A DNA stretch of 55,645 nt, taken from the NCBI RefSeq assembly GCF_001194135.2, contig NC_068982.1:131660061-131715705 (forward strand). The letters run 5' to 3'. Numbering within the stretch: the stretch's first letter is position 1; the number at the start of each line of letters is the position of its first letter. The notes under the pieces were generated by a model that saw only the letters and a list, made by a program, of their open reading frames with translations, did not search any database and was not told the DNA's origin. The translations under genes and the position numbers were made by a program. The DNA comes from Octopus bimaculoides. Taxonomy: Eukaryota. Below, piece by piece: positions 26,717 through 39,238 of this stretch.

Positions 26717-27329
26717 ATCGAGATGCTCTTCCCTAACTTAATGATAAAAGGGATCATCAAAGTTGCGTATTTGGTCTAAGTGTTATAAATATCTTTTTAT
26801 TGTGTCAAGAGTAACAATTATTAGTAATTGACTTTGCTTATGAGGATGCGAATTCACGTCTAATCATCCACTCCATGGAAAATTTAAGAGGAAGAATTTC
26901 TAGCCCTCAAGGAATCTTTGCCAAAGTGACCATACTTTCGGTCGCTTAAAGTGGAAATACTTGGTCTTAAGACTCAAAAGATTCAAAAATCATTTTGAAT
27001 TCTATGCCTTTCAGAGAGTTCCGAGATTTTCTTTTATCCACTTCTCATTTGCTCTCAAGCATGGCCGATGCAGGGATTTTCTTTTCCCTGCTTTAGAATG
27101 ACATTCAACAGCTCAATTTTCTGATTAGCTTTTAGTTATTTTAAACAATATATATTACCTTTATTTACTTTTCAAAGCTGTCTATTACCTTAGCCACTGT
27201 TTTATATTTGTCGACTTCTTCAACACAGAAAACATTATCTATTTATGCACAATACAGCGTAAATGAGAAGAACTGAAGTAAATTTAAACATTACAAAGCT
27301 TCAATGTAGGTGAAATAAGAATGTAAATG

Positions 27330-29450
27330 CATTCTTTCTATCCGAATGATGTGTGAAAAAAAGGAAGAGAATCTCCTGATTGGTTGTTTCATAGTTTGTT
27401 GACAGTTTCTTTGAGAGCATCCTTCGCCAATGGATCAACTGCTATATAAAGCAGTCATAAATTAGCAAGCATTTTAGTGGATTTGATTGCTAATGTTTTA
27501 TAGCAATTTGTATTGGTTCCACATTATTTTTACTAGATATTTTTCTAGTCCTGTTGTAAATATTTTATAATAATTGTAGAATTGCATAAGGACCCTCTGT
27601 TTGTGTTAAATTTAATCTTTTTTGTGCTGGATTATCGAATGATGTAGTCTAAATGCACTCATTATTTTTCATGTTTCCTGTCTAGACTTCTTAATTTACT
27701 TTACATTCAGTGGAGAATATTCTAACAATAACTTTTTAATTGTACAACTGAAACATTAGTGTCTATTACCTTACGTTTTGGCACTTAACTCCCTTTTTAC
27801 TATTTATCTAAAACTCTATAATATTCCTTCTTATCTTTTGCCAACAGTTACGTATATTCTATTATGTCTAATTCATTAATTCCTAAGTATTTCGTAAGTC
27901 TGAATTCAGTATAATTCTCCTAGCCTTATTTATTTAATGTAATAATGTTTTAAATTAATTTTCCTCTCTTCAAGGTTACCTTACTGCATTAACCTCACCA
28001 GAATCTCATATCTACATCTCGGCTAAATCCATGTATTGTTTCTAGCAGCGTTTCTAGTCGTTTATCATTTGCATTGTACTACTTGAGGTCATCAAAAGAA
28101 GAAAAATAAAGGATTGCTGATTACCCTCCTATAGTGAACCTCGTCTTGTTTAACATTTTGGTTAAAGCTGTTAACGATAAACAGAAAATAACTGGGAAGA
28201 AGATATTCTATTTAAATATTCCTCTTTTAATAGAAGAGGAATATTTTAATTGCAATCGAAGCAGTATTAGTACCAAAAGGTAATCTTTATATCCACCTTA
28301 ACTTGGATGTCTGGTTAGAACACCGAATACTGCGTAATTAGCCCTGAGAGATCATCTCATATAGGCTCTGTGTGTGCTTTTATGTACCAAGTACCTATAT
28401 GTGAGGATCTTTCAAGGTCAATAACGCTTTATTCGGTTCTCTAACATGTTACGTAGGATATAAAGATTACGTTTAGGTATTAATACTCCTTCCACCGCTA
28501 ATAATTAATTATTGATGAAATAGTTTTTGCTGGAGCCTAACTGTGTGCTTTGTTAAACGAATCATTTTTCTTTTCTTTTTTCAAGCTGATTCTTTGCAGT
28601 TAAGCGAAGATCGATTGTTTCTAGCGTCTTCGAGTACTTTATAATTTGTTGTTATATTTCTCTAATATTTGCATATCTTTTTGTATTTCTTTCTTTTTCG
28701 GTGTTGACTTCATTTAGAACTGAGAAATCTTTTATTTTCATTCATAGTCTGTATATTTCTTTTCCTTGTTTCCTTTTGTTTCGATATTCCTATATGAGTA
28801 TTTCTGTAAGAATACCCACTTTCATTTTTAACTATTGTGAATGCTGTATCTTATTTGGGTTACTCTGGTAATTATTGATATAGTGTCTACTTTCATTAAG
28901 TCTGCTATGATCAGGTTTTCAATTTGTATTGATTGTTTATCGTTAGATTTATTTTTATCCTTGAGAGGGTATTTTGTTGGTCCGTAGGTAGAACTGTCAA
29001 TTTTAATTCTTTAACGCTTTACACCTTCAGATTATTTACATATTCAGATAATTTCTTTTTCTAGAATTCTCTATTCAGAAATATTTCTTACATCTTACAT
29101 CTGCTTTTACTCACATTTTCGTTTATATTCTTCAGGTTTGATTTTTGTGGTTCAATATTTTGTAGATGAGTTTCAGTTTGATTTTTTGCGTATTTTATAT
29201 TAATTTTGTTTGTTTTACACCTGTTTGGCCTATTTTTCGGATGTGTACATTCTCAGTATTTTTAGATTTATCAATTTTATTCTCATTGTCTGTATTTTTC
29301 TTGTCTGATTTTTGTTTATTGTTCGTGTTTTTAAGTATTTTATTCTTAAGGTATTTTATTTCTAAACCTGACATATTTTTCTATTTTGAGGATGCATCTC
29401 CTTAAACTAGCTAGTCTTTTAGGATCCAAAGCTGCTTTTAGATAATTATA
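27330..29450 (-). pseudogene. Non-LTR retrotransposon (R4/Dong-clade-like) reverse transcriptase relic
   Basis: Minus-strand fragments: IKRGIFK*NIFFPVIFCLSLTALTKMLN (compare RGIFQGDSLSPLLFCL); FDDLK*YNANDKRLETLLETIHGFSRDVDMRF...CSKVTLKRGK (compare YMDDLKLYA); a YKYLGI-like segment; KKEYYR. Heavily decayed, extent approx. Confidence 0.7.
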
Positions 29451-29887
29451 TATATATATATTTTTTGATTTCTAGATATTGTATGTATATTTCATGGTAG
29501 TAGCATATCGTGCAGGGATTAGCTGCAAAATAAGTATGTAGTATAGAAACGGATTCTACTCGTGTTTATTTATTCAATTTCTGTTACATTTTGAGGATTT
29601 GGGAAGTGAAGTCTAGCCCTTATATATAGAGCTCCACAAGGTACCCATTTATGCAGAGATAGAGAGTTTTGTACGTTTCATTTTCGTACTGTCTAGGTAT
29701 GAAATTAAAGTTCGAATTTCTTTTTAAATACTTGATTAAAGGATATTATTTCCATTTGTATTGTTTTTCATGCTGCTGTGTGAGTGACTAATATCTTTCT
29801 ATAGCTGATCTGACTTGTGCTCTGTTAGTATATTTGTAAGTTAAGGTTAATCGAAATTTATTGCAAATATTTGCAATCGTCTACTTA

Positions 29888-29917
29888 CTTATTATTATTA
29901 TTAATATTATTATTATT

Positions 29918-30003
<86 letters not shown>

Positions 30004-30039
30004 CATTATTATTGTTGTTGTTGTTGTTGTTGTTGTTAT
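29888..30039. repeat. Compound trinucleotide microsatellite (ATT)n(ATC)n(ATT)n(GTT)n
   Basis: Read directly. It accounts for the poly-I, poly-N, poly-D and poly-S ORFs. Confidence 0.95.
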
Positions 30040-30519
30040 TTGTCGTATATATGTTTTCAAATTGCTCTCCAAAGCGCTGGATTTTAACATGTATAACTGC
30101 ATGTGATAACATCTTTGTAAAAATTTGCTCTCATAAGGTGATCTTTCAGAAAATTAAGAGCCTGTCTATGGGGGTGTCAGAAGAAAAACAAGTTGTTGTT
30201 TTTTTTACGCGAATTATAGATTTTTCTCTTGTTTTTCTACCAGCGTAAATAAAACGATTCCAAGAAATAGCAGTAACTCTCCCTCGAAAAAAAATTGAAA
30301 TGAAGATAGCCACATAGAAAAAACAAAACAAAAAGAAAAATGAACAAGATTATACAGCAAAGCACAAACATTGCAAAACATTTTTTTTCTTCTATTTATA
30401 TCGACAGTGGTACAGAGTGCGACAGCAAGTTTGCATGAAATCAAAGACGTGAATATTAAATTTTTATCAATAACTTAAATAACTCAACTATAACTTTCAA
30501 ATTGTCATTTGAAATTAAG

Positions 30520-31099
30520 GGATCTTTTTTAAAACGGGGGCCACATTTTTCATTAATGTTTTACGTAGTGTTTTTGGTAGCGAAAGACTTTCAAACTTCG
30601 TATACTTATCTATTTTGTGTTATAGAACAGAAAAATATTTTTGTATTCGAATTTATTTCATGTAAAAAATTGTCTTATTTCGATAATTTCAACCAATCAC
30701 TGACAAGTATTCAGTTGTTTACGTTTACTCCTTTGGCTCACTAAGCGATGTAAAGCGTATTTAATCTCCATACTTTCGTTTTATTTGCTTTTTTCATTTT
30801 AAATTTGCTTTAACCCTAACCCTAACCCTAACCCTAACCCTAGGGTTAGGGTTAGGGTTAATTGTTTCAGAATCGTTTGTTTATGTAGTCGGCACTTAAT
30901 GCATATCGGCTGAATGGACGTCAGTGATTGGTTGAAATTACAGAAATACGACAACTTTAACATGGAATAATTTATGGATTTCTTTTTTTTTTAAGAAGAC
31001 TAAGAGAAAAAGATGTTTTATATGACACATTCTACCAGTGTTCCAAGTTTTAAAGTGTTTCGTTAATGAAAAATGTGGCCCCCGTTTTAAAAAAGATCC
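30520..31099 (+). mobile_element. Merlin-like MITE, copy 1, with a central inverted telomeric repeat
   Basis: Perfect 37-bp TIRs GGATCTTTTTTAAAACGGGGGCCACATTTTTCATTAA. 8-bp TSD AAATTAAG at 30512-30519 and 31100-31107. Centre (TAACCC)5-TA-(GGGTTA)3 at 30811-30860. Terminal GG with an 8-9 bp TSD is characteristic of Merlin; the superfamily is inferred, as there is no ORF. Confidence 0.85.
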
Positions 31100-31138
31100 A
31101 AATTAAGTAGAAAGAAAAAGAAATTATTCAAGTTATGC

Positions 31139-32060
31139 TCAATATTTTACTGGATCTCAGTTAGAGTGAACAATAATGACTTCTCTTCTGGGCATAGATT
31201 TCACCAGATTTTGGCACCTTTTCTTAATTTCATTATCTCTGTGCTACACTCGAATAAAAAAAAATGAATAAACGCTTATTTCGTTCGACTCCGTAGTGAT
31301 TTTATATGCTTTTAGATGTAGACAGAGGTCAATCAAGCTGCATCGCATGATGTTGACGAAAGGAATCCATTGAATGCTTGCTAACATGAATTGATGTGTT
31401 ATCTTACTGAAGAATGCTACATCAATTTGTAAGCTAGTCATTTACTTTCAGCACAACACAACGCTCGAAGATGCCCTTTTCGTATTCCTCACTATCAAGC
31501 TTCCCTTCAACAACATAACGGCATCCAGTTCCCCATAGTAAAAATATGCCAAGATCATTACTTGCACCGGATGTTTTAGTGCTTTTAAGAAATGATCCGG
31601 TGTAAGTGAATGACCATCTACAAGTAGAACAAAATTTGGGCAGTCATCTATAATCTGAACCATTGTCTCGCCGCTTAAAATAACTGTTTTCCATTGTTCC
31701 ACAGTCCAGTTCTCGTGTTTAAGTACCCATTCTTATAGCTTTGTTATCTGTTTGGTAAGAAGAGGACATTTTCGTAGTTTTATCGCACGGATGCCTACTT
31801 CATTCACAGAACAGTGAATAAAGAAACATCACCCCTTTTTGGTTCAAGCTGGTTTTTTTAAGATCACGTAAAGTACTTCGAGGGCTTTTAATCGAGACGT
31901 GCCTCATATGACAAAGGTCACGTTCTTGAAATGCACGATTGTGACTATCACAATTTTCGTATCGAGTGTTTTCACTTACTGATTTTGTTTTTACTGATCA
32001 ATAATTCACCTAACACTGCTTTTACTCGTTTCTACGTAGTTTGACATCTGCTGATGCGTC
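31139..32060 (-). pseudogene. Tc1-family transposase relic
   Basis: Minus strand: SKSSV, KSPRSTLRDLKK, GIRAIKLRKCPLLTKQ...EWVLKHENWTVEQWKTVILSGET, LKHPVQVM and C-terminal KCQNLVKSMPRR...PVKY*. Many lesions. Confidence 0.8.
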
Positions 32061-33811
32061 GAAGAGGTGTTTATGTAATGTGCTATAATTTTGGTTTGTT
32101 TCTCTTCGCGGGTCTCTTGTCTGCTACTATCACTAAATTAAGTTTAAAAAATTGTTTTTCCTGTAGTTGCGTGATATATATGTATATTGCCATGTGATAA
32201 ATACGTTTTCAAAATTTTTTTAAATACTTTTTACACAAAACGCGAAATTTACTAAAACAAGAAAAATATCGTTAACTGAAATAAAACTTTCTTTCATGCA
32301 ATCTTGCCTTCGCGCACTGTACTTGTATGAACAGTTCAACGAATGGTTTTGGCACTGGCAAAAGCAACAACAACGTTCACGCGCGCGTGCGCAAAACTTC
32401 CAACAGAACTTTAGGCATGTCACATTAGGACAAAACAAAGTCTGCATGATAGGTTTATGCAACTAAACAGGTGTTTCTTTACTCGAAGTTATCACACAAG
32501 GCCAAAGGAAGAAGGTAACCTGTATATATATTACCAAAGTCACCGGAGTATTTCTTATGTCACCCAAAGATCAGAAATGTTCCTTGCTGGTATGTGAAGA
32601 GAGATACCTATTCGGTCAAGAAACGACCAGTGACACTATGTGTTGTATTTTGAAACTGAAAATATAGCGAAAAAACAAAATCATCTAGTGTTAATCAAGA
32701 GAAATTCGTCTGAAACGGGAACAGCTCCTAATCTTGGGGTTGTGCGCTAAAATAAGTACTAAGAGAAAAGCATAATTTTTCTTGTTCAGAGAAGAATTCC
32801 TAGTCGCTACAAGCATGGCGGTAAAAGTCATTTGAAGGACTCATGTCCAGAAAAGTTAGAATACTAAAATAAAAAAAATAAAAAGAGCATTACCAACAGT
32901 AGTCCTCCCAGGCTGCTGTTCCTTAAGCATCTTGGTACACGGCTCTGCAAGCATCAAACGCGATCACCTGGAGCCTGATTCAGGAGCCAACTACGAGGCA
33001 AAGGAACTCCTTCTTTGGCCAGAACCATCAGGGATACTTCACCTATTTGTGACAATGAAGAGGAGACGGAAGGCGAGCACGCAATGAAAAATTGCTGGAG
33101 TGAGCGGGAAAAGTATATATGTATATAAAAAAAAAAAAAAACCCAAAAATAATATACTTGAGATTAGTCAAGCAAAATGTGTGAAAAGAACCTCCGCTAT
33201 CTCCATGTTGAAACGAAGTTAAACAGTTTTTCGAAAAAGAAACGATGAAAAGATAGTAGTACTAAATAAACCGAAATAAAAACAACAGTGTGATAATGTG
33301 TTGGCCACGAAGGAAATAGGCTCCCATTTTGTTGAGTATCTTGTGATAATCTGCAGTAAAAATATCACGCTTTTGGTTTATGAACTACTACTACGAAATT
33401 TTGCGCAAGATGAGGATATTTTTTACCAACTCCGACATCGGAGAAGCTCACAGGTACACTTAGTTTCATCGAATGACAGAAGACAAAAGTTATGGTGCCC
33501 TCTGGCCATACTTCTTTTAGTGGTTTCTACCATGTAGCAGATGGGTTACCAGAAATGCTTTTTATGCTTCTTTTTTAACTGAACAATATCATGTTTGAAT
33601 TATTGTATTTTATGTTGTTTATATATGACCTTTTTTAAATCATTTTAATGCATTCGCTTTGTCACGTCCTTACTCGTTCCCTCGTTTTGCATGAGTTTGT
33701 CTTGTTTTAACGCTCATTGTATGTATATACTGCCTCTGTGGTTAATAAAGAACAAAAAATCATCATCATCATCATAATCATCATGTCGCTGTCGTCGTAG
33801 TTGTTGTTATT

Positions 33812-34012
33812 AAGGCGGCATGCTGGCAGAACCATTAGCACGTCGGGCAAAATGTTTAGCGGCATTTTGTCCGTCTTCATGTTATGAGTTCAAATCCATC
33901 GAGGTCGATTTTGCTTTTCACCCTTTCAAGATTGATAAAATAAATACTGGGATCAATGGAATTGAGTTTCCCCCGCCACGAAAATTACTGGCGTTGTGCC
34001 TTTAGTAGGAAT
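33812..34012 (+). mobile_element. SINE family B
   Basis: aaggcggcatgctggcagaaccattagcacgtcgggcaaaatg...ggcgttgtgcctttagtagg. Confidence 0.85.
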
Positions 34013-34922
34013 TATTATTATTATTATTGTTGTTGTTGTTTGTTATTGTTGTAGTCGTCGTCGTTGTTAAAAATAGTACCAACAACAAAATTGCTACCAC
34101 CTCTACCAGTGCTGCCGACAACTGCATGGAGAACAAAAACATTAGCACCACCAACACAAACAACAACGCCAATAAAAGCATCAGAAACTTTAATTCGTAT
34201 CACCTCTTCACACACACAAGTACTCAGGTACTTGCTAGAAACACACCAGTAAATGTAGTGTCGTGTGCCAAGTTATGTAGGTCAGATACATTATTGTGCC
34301 AGGTTTAACTCCTCTTACTAAATTGTAACGAAGTTGCATTGACAGAGTAAACATTAAGATAAATGTAGGCGGTTTAGCATAAACCTTTGCATAGTATAAA
34401 GAGTTAGTAGTAGACATGGGAGACAATCACTCAGTGAATAATTTTGTCAGTAGAGCGCATGATCTAAGAGCATGAACAACTTCAAAAATTACCTGACTCC
34501 GTAGTGGTACCGTGGGTAGGATTTGTTGGTTTAAAATAAATCCTACAACCATAGCGGTGCTGTAAGCCTGGGCTGCTCGAGATGTAGTATACGAAATTGT
34601 ACTCTGGTTTCGGTCATTTTAAAAATATTTCTGATTTGTGGATTATGTCGAACAATTGTTGCTACATGTTGGATGGATCTGGATGTAATCTAAGTCTAAA
34701 GTGAAGATCGCTGCATCATTGTTCTTCGACAGCGATGAGCAAGAATTATTACCACATTTACTGAATGTTCGACATTTTTGTCAGAAAATATAGATTTAAT
34801 TTTTTTTTTAAAGTTTCATACAATTTTTCAATATTTTCAATGTTTTGTCATATTTTAAATTTTTTTTACGATGCAACTTTTTCAATTATATCTCCAGTTT
34901 ATTTTCTTCGAGAAAAATAAGC

Positions 34923-35518
34923 GGATCTTTTTTTAAAACGGGGGCCACATTTTTCATTAACGAAACACTTTGAAACTTGGAACACTGGTAGAATGTGTCA
35001 TATAAAACATCTTTTTCTCTTAGTCTTCTTAAAAAAAAAAGAAATCCATAAATTATTTCATGTTAAAGTTGTCGTATTTCTGTAATTTCAACCAATCACT
35101 GACGTCCATTCAGCCGATATACATTAAGTGCCGACTACATAAACAAACGATTCTGAAACAATTAACCCTAACCCTAACCCTAACCCTAACCCTAACCCTA
35201 GGGTTAGAGTTAGGGTTAGGGTTAGGGTTAGGCTTAGGGTTAGGGTTAAAGCAAATTTAAATGAAAAAAGCAAATAAAACGAAGAATCGTTTGTTTATGT
35301 AGTCGGCACTTAATGTATATCGGCTGAGTGGACGTCAGTGATTGGTTGAAATTATCGAAATAAGACAATTTTTTACATGAAATAAATTCGAATACAAAAA
35401 TATTTTTCTGTTCTATAACACAAAATAGATAAGTATACGAAGTTTGAAAGTCTTTCGGTACCAAAAACACTACGTAAAACATTAATGAAAAATGTGGCCC
35501 CCGTTTTAAAAAAGATCC
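34923..35518 (-). mobile_element. Merlin-like MITE, copy 2 (inverted relative to copy 1), with a central telomeric hairpin
   Basis: Same TIRs, with one extra T on the left. 8-bp TSD AAATAAGC at 34915-34922 and 35519-35526. Centre (TAACCC)6-TA-(GGGTTA)8 with variants GAGTTA and GGCTTA at 35163-35248. About 98-99% identical to copy 1 outside one internal segment. Confidence 0.88.
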
Positions 35519-36137
35519 AAATAAGCAAATAAAAACAAGAAACATTGCTTTATTTACTGGGCTTTTTTAGCAGCAGTAAACTTTACATTTTTCTGTTGAA
35601 TAAGTCTTTTAGCAATATAAATGACACTGTAATGTAAATCATACAATGCTTATATTATGAATAATAAAAAGTTTCATCTATATCATGTCTTTATAAATAC
35701 AACAAAAAATAAGTCTACAAGTTTATAACTATAACAACTGTCTATTAAAAATAATAGTGAAGGGAAAAAATACGAAAATTAAAAGCGATGGATTTGAAGT
35801 GTTGTTAGACAGGACAAAATGGTTGTAGTATTTCTTATTTCTTTATGTTCTGTGTTTATGTCTTACACAGGTCGCTATTTGCCTTTCTTCTTTCCGAACT
35901 TTAGAAAATAAATTCAAGCCTTGGACCCGATTTAACACAGTGGGCGAACAGTTGTACAAAACAGCAATCTCGAATTTATGCTCACGCCCAATGCAAAGGA
36001 AAGTGAAAATTTAACAGACTTTTCGATAAGAAGATTGTAAATTTTATTGTTACTTGTTTTGTATTTTTTTAAATAAAAATAATTATAAAGAATAAAAAGT
36101 TTGCGGTATCAATAAAAAGTTTTAGTTATCTATAGTC

Positions 36138-36175
36138 CGATGATATTTCGGAATACAATTCCTTCTTCAGATATT
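36138..36175 (-). ncRNA. Minimal hammerhead ribozyme motif with intact catalytic core
   Basis: Minus strand aatat-CTGAAGA-A-GGAAT-tgt-ATTCC-GAAA-T-ATC-atcgg: CUGANGA, a 5-bp stem II, GAAA and an AUC triplet. Stem I is only about 2 bp by eye. Confidence 0.55.
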
Positions 36176-36514
36176 CTTAAACAATGCACAGTGCTTCAAG
36201 CGAACTACAATACTCTCCTATCAATAATTATAAAAATTACACTTAAGAAAAAGAAGCATGTTTTTGCTTTTGTTTTGTCCGTTTGACGCATGCATTCATG
36301 CAAATCTTTCCCGCCAGCTAAGGGTTAATTAACAGCTGATGTGTGCTCATGCTCTGAATTCGTATTGTTGGTACAGCAGATTCCAAATCCCTGTCCGAAC
36401 TTCAAAGGTGAAGCAAATGAAAGGTTATCGTACATTGCTTTCACATCACTATTATCTATCTAGAACACTTTACATTACTGTCAATACAAAAATGGTGTGA
36501 GGAAACAAAACTGG

Positions 36515-36815
36515 CACTCTGTCGATTACGACGGCGAGAGTACCAAGTGTACTAGTCTACTGGTGAAATTAACGTGCAAGTGACCGAGTACTCCACAGAG
36601 ATGCGTACCGTTAACGTAGTTCTCTAGGTGATTCAGCATGACACTGAATGTAACAAGGTTGGCCCTTTGAATTAGTTACTACTCATCTTCGCCAGCTGAG
36701 TGGACTGGAGCAACGCGAAATAAAGCATTTTGCTCAAGAACACTATGCACCACCGAGTATGGAACTCACGCCCTTATGGTCGTGAGCTGAATACCCTAAC
36801 CACTTAGCCACTACC
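36515..36815 (-). mobile_element. SINE family C
   Basis: Reverse complement begins gtggctaagtggttagggtattcagctcacgacc and ends gacagagtgccagttt. Confidence 0.85.
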
Positions 36816-36940
36816 AATACAAAGCACGCACACACACACGCCCTCACACACAACCTTTTATTCATTCACACAGACACACAGACTCTAAAGATACTCTGCA
36901 TTACAAAGGATACTGCAAAGGTATAAAATTTTATTTACAA

Positions 36941-37643
36941 AGCGTGGCTGTGTGGTAAGAAGATTGCTTCCCAACCACATGGTTTCGGGTTCAGTCCCAC
37001 TACGTGGCACTTTGGGCAAAGTGTCTTCTACTATAGTCTCGGGCCGACCAAAGCGTTGTGAGTATATTTGGTTGACGGAAATCCGTCATATATATATATA
37101 TATATATATATATACACTTATCTATCTATCTATCTATCTATACATTTGTGTGTGTGTGTGTATATATATANNNNNNNNNNNNNNNNNNNNNNNNNNNNNN
37201 NNNNNNNNNNNNNNNNNNNNNNNNNNNNNNNNNNNNNNNNNNNNNNNNNNNNNNNNNNNNNNNNNNNNNNNNNNNNNNNNNNNNNNNNNNNNNNNNNNNN
37301 NNNNNNNNNNNNNNNNNNNNNNNNNNNNNNNNNNNNNNNNNNNNNNNNNNNNNNNNNNNNNNNNNNNNNNNNNNNNNNNNNNNNNNNNNNNNNNNNNNNN
37401 NNNNNNNNNNNNNNNNNNNNNNNNNNNNNNNNNNNNNNNNNNNNNNNNNNNNNNNNNNNNNNNNNNNNNNNNNNNNNNNNNNNNNNNNNNNNNNNNNNNN
37501 NNNNNNNNNNNNNNNNNNNNNNNNNNNNNNNNNNNNNNNNNNNNNNNNNNNNNNNNNNNNNNNNNNNNNNNNNNNNNNNNNNNNNNNNNNNNNNNNNNNN
37601 NNNNNNNNNNNNNNNNNNNNNNNNNNNNNNTATATATATATAT

Positions 37644-37681
<38 letters not shown>

Positions 37682-37833
37682 ATGTCACCATCGCTTGACA
37701 ACCGGTGTTGGTGTGACTACCAACAGTTCGGCAAAAGGGATCAGTAGAATAATAAGAAAAAAAGTACTGGGGTCGATTCGTTGGGCTAAAATTCTTCAAG
37801 GCAATGCAGTCGAATGAGTGAAACAAGTAAAAG
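36941..37833 (+). mobile_element. Bipartite SINE family A with internal microsatellite and gap
   Basis: Head 36941-37088; (TA)n(CTAT)n(TG)n; gap 37171-37630; 3' module to about 37833. Confidence 0.88.
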
Positions 37834-38997
37834 ACAAAAGATTCTAACACACAAAAGCCACATCAGTGTACAAATAATTTCTGTCAATAAGGCACGAGGA
37901 CAAAGTTTGTATGGGAATAGGCTATTGTGTCGCTCAAGCTTACATCAGTATATTATCGATAAAGGAGGAAGTTACAAAGGCGTAGGTGCCGTGTAACTTC
38001 GTGTAACTTCCGCTAGAAGCGATTTTGTACAATATTAAAAGCACATATCATTTTGAATTTCCCACGAGGTCCTAATACAAGCTAAAAGGAACTATTTGAA
38101 AAGAATAAATAAACTACAAAAATTATACCGGATGTTGAATTACTTGAACCAGATAGTAAAATATAGCAACTAAAAAGGACGAATTTAAATGTTGCAGTGA
38201 CGATCATCTCCATCATCCTTCCTATTGCACTAACATTAACACACACACACACACACATACGCGCACGCACACACACACACACACATACGCACGCACGCAC
38301 ACACACACACACACACAAACACAAACACGCACGCGCACTCACGCACATACACATACATACATGTATGTGTCTATATAAACATATATGTGTACCTAGACAC
38401 ACAATACTGAAGGCAATACAACTTTAGTTCATATAAACAAGCCATTTATATGCATGTATATAGTTGCGTGTGTGTATGTATCTTTGTGCATGTGTGTATG
38501 CTTTCACACACACACACACGCACGCATTCACTCACACACGCACATGCACTCACACACTCATACATATACATACATACATATATGTATGTATATATATATA
38601 TATATATAGTGCGATTTAAATTCAAATTGCATGACAAGTTATATTTAGAACAGCATGTGGCTTTTTGAATATTCAAAGAGAAAACTACATGGAGGACTCG
38701 TTTTATAGTCCAAGTTTCTCCTTGATTCGTCTCCATGGAGAGATCTCAAGAGTACACGGAGGAATAGAAAAGCAACGCAGGAGAGTTTCTTCATCACATT
38801 GGAAGTGCGTGGTTCGAATCCGGAACAAAGCAATTCATTTTCATGTTGCTCCTGTACCATCATCATCGTCGTCGTCATCATAATCATCATCGTCAGCAGC
38901 AGCAGCAGCAGCAGTTGCCACCAACGCAGTAGCGGCAGCTTTGACGAGCTGGTGTCCCGTTTTGTTGTCTCACTCTCTCTTAAATGCTTCTGAATCC

Positions 38998-39088
<91 letters not shown>

Positions 39089-39238
39089 CACACATACACA
39101 CATACCAGCGGCCTGTTGGGTCCATAGACTTGAGACATACGTTAACTACTTTAATACTTGAGCTATCTTTTATTTTTGATGCAAGGTCATTTTGTAAACA
39201 TCACCATAAACCTTCTTCTTTGTTAATTTATATTACTT

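Noticed and set aside
28215-28247. Perfect 13-bp hairpin aaatattcctctt / aagaggaatattt
   Set aside because: It lies inside the LINE relic and is a single AT-rich stem. It is plausibly a local quasi-palindrome correction with no sign of function.
31900-32460. CpG-rich stretch as a promoter or CpG island
   Set aside because: It partly overlaps the Tc1 relic 5' region, and no core promoter or downstream exon could be supported.
32890-33540. Protein-like open frames and splice-like sites on both strands, including a faint cadherin-like LMVLAKEGVPLPRS and an LLLWPEP segment
   Set aside because: Frames hit stops before a donor, the signals conflict between strands, and the resemblance is too short. 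It may be a LINE remnant.
30811-35248. Telomere-fusion scar or true chromosome end
   Set aside because: The order is C-tract then G-tract (a fusion gives the reverse), the tracts are short, and both lie inside TIR- and TSD-bounded elements.
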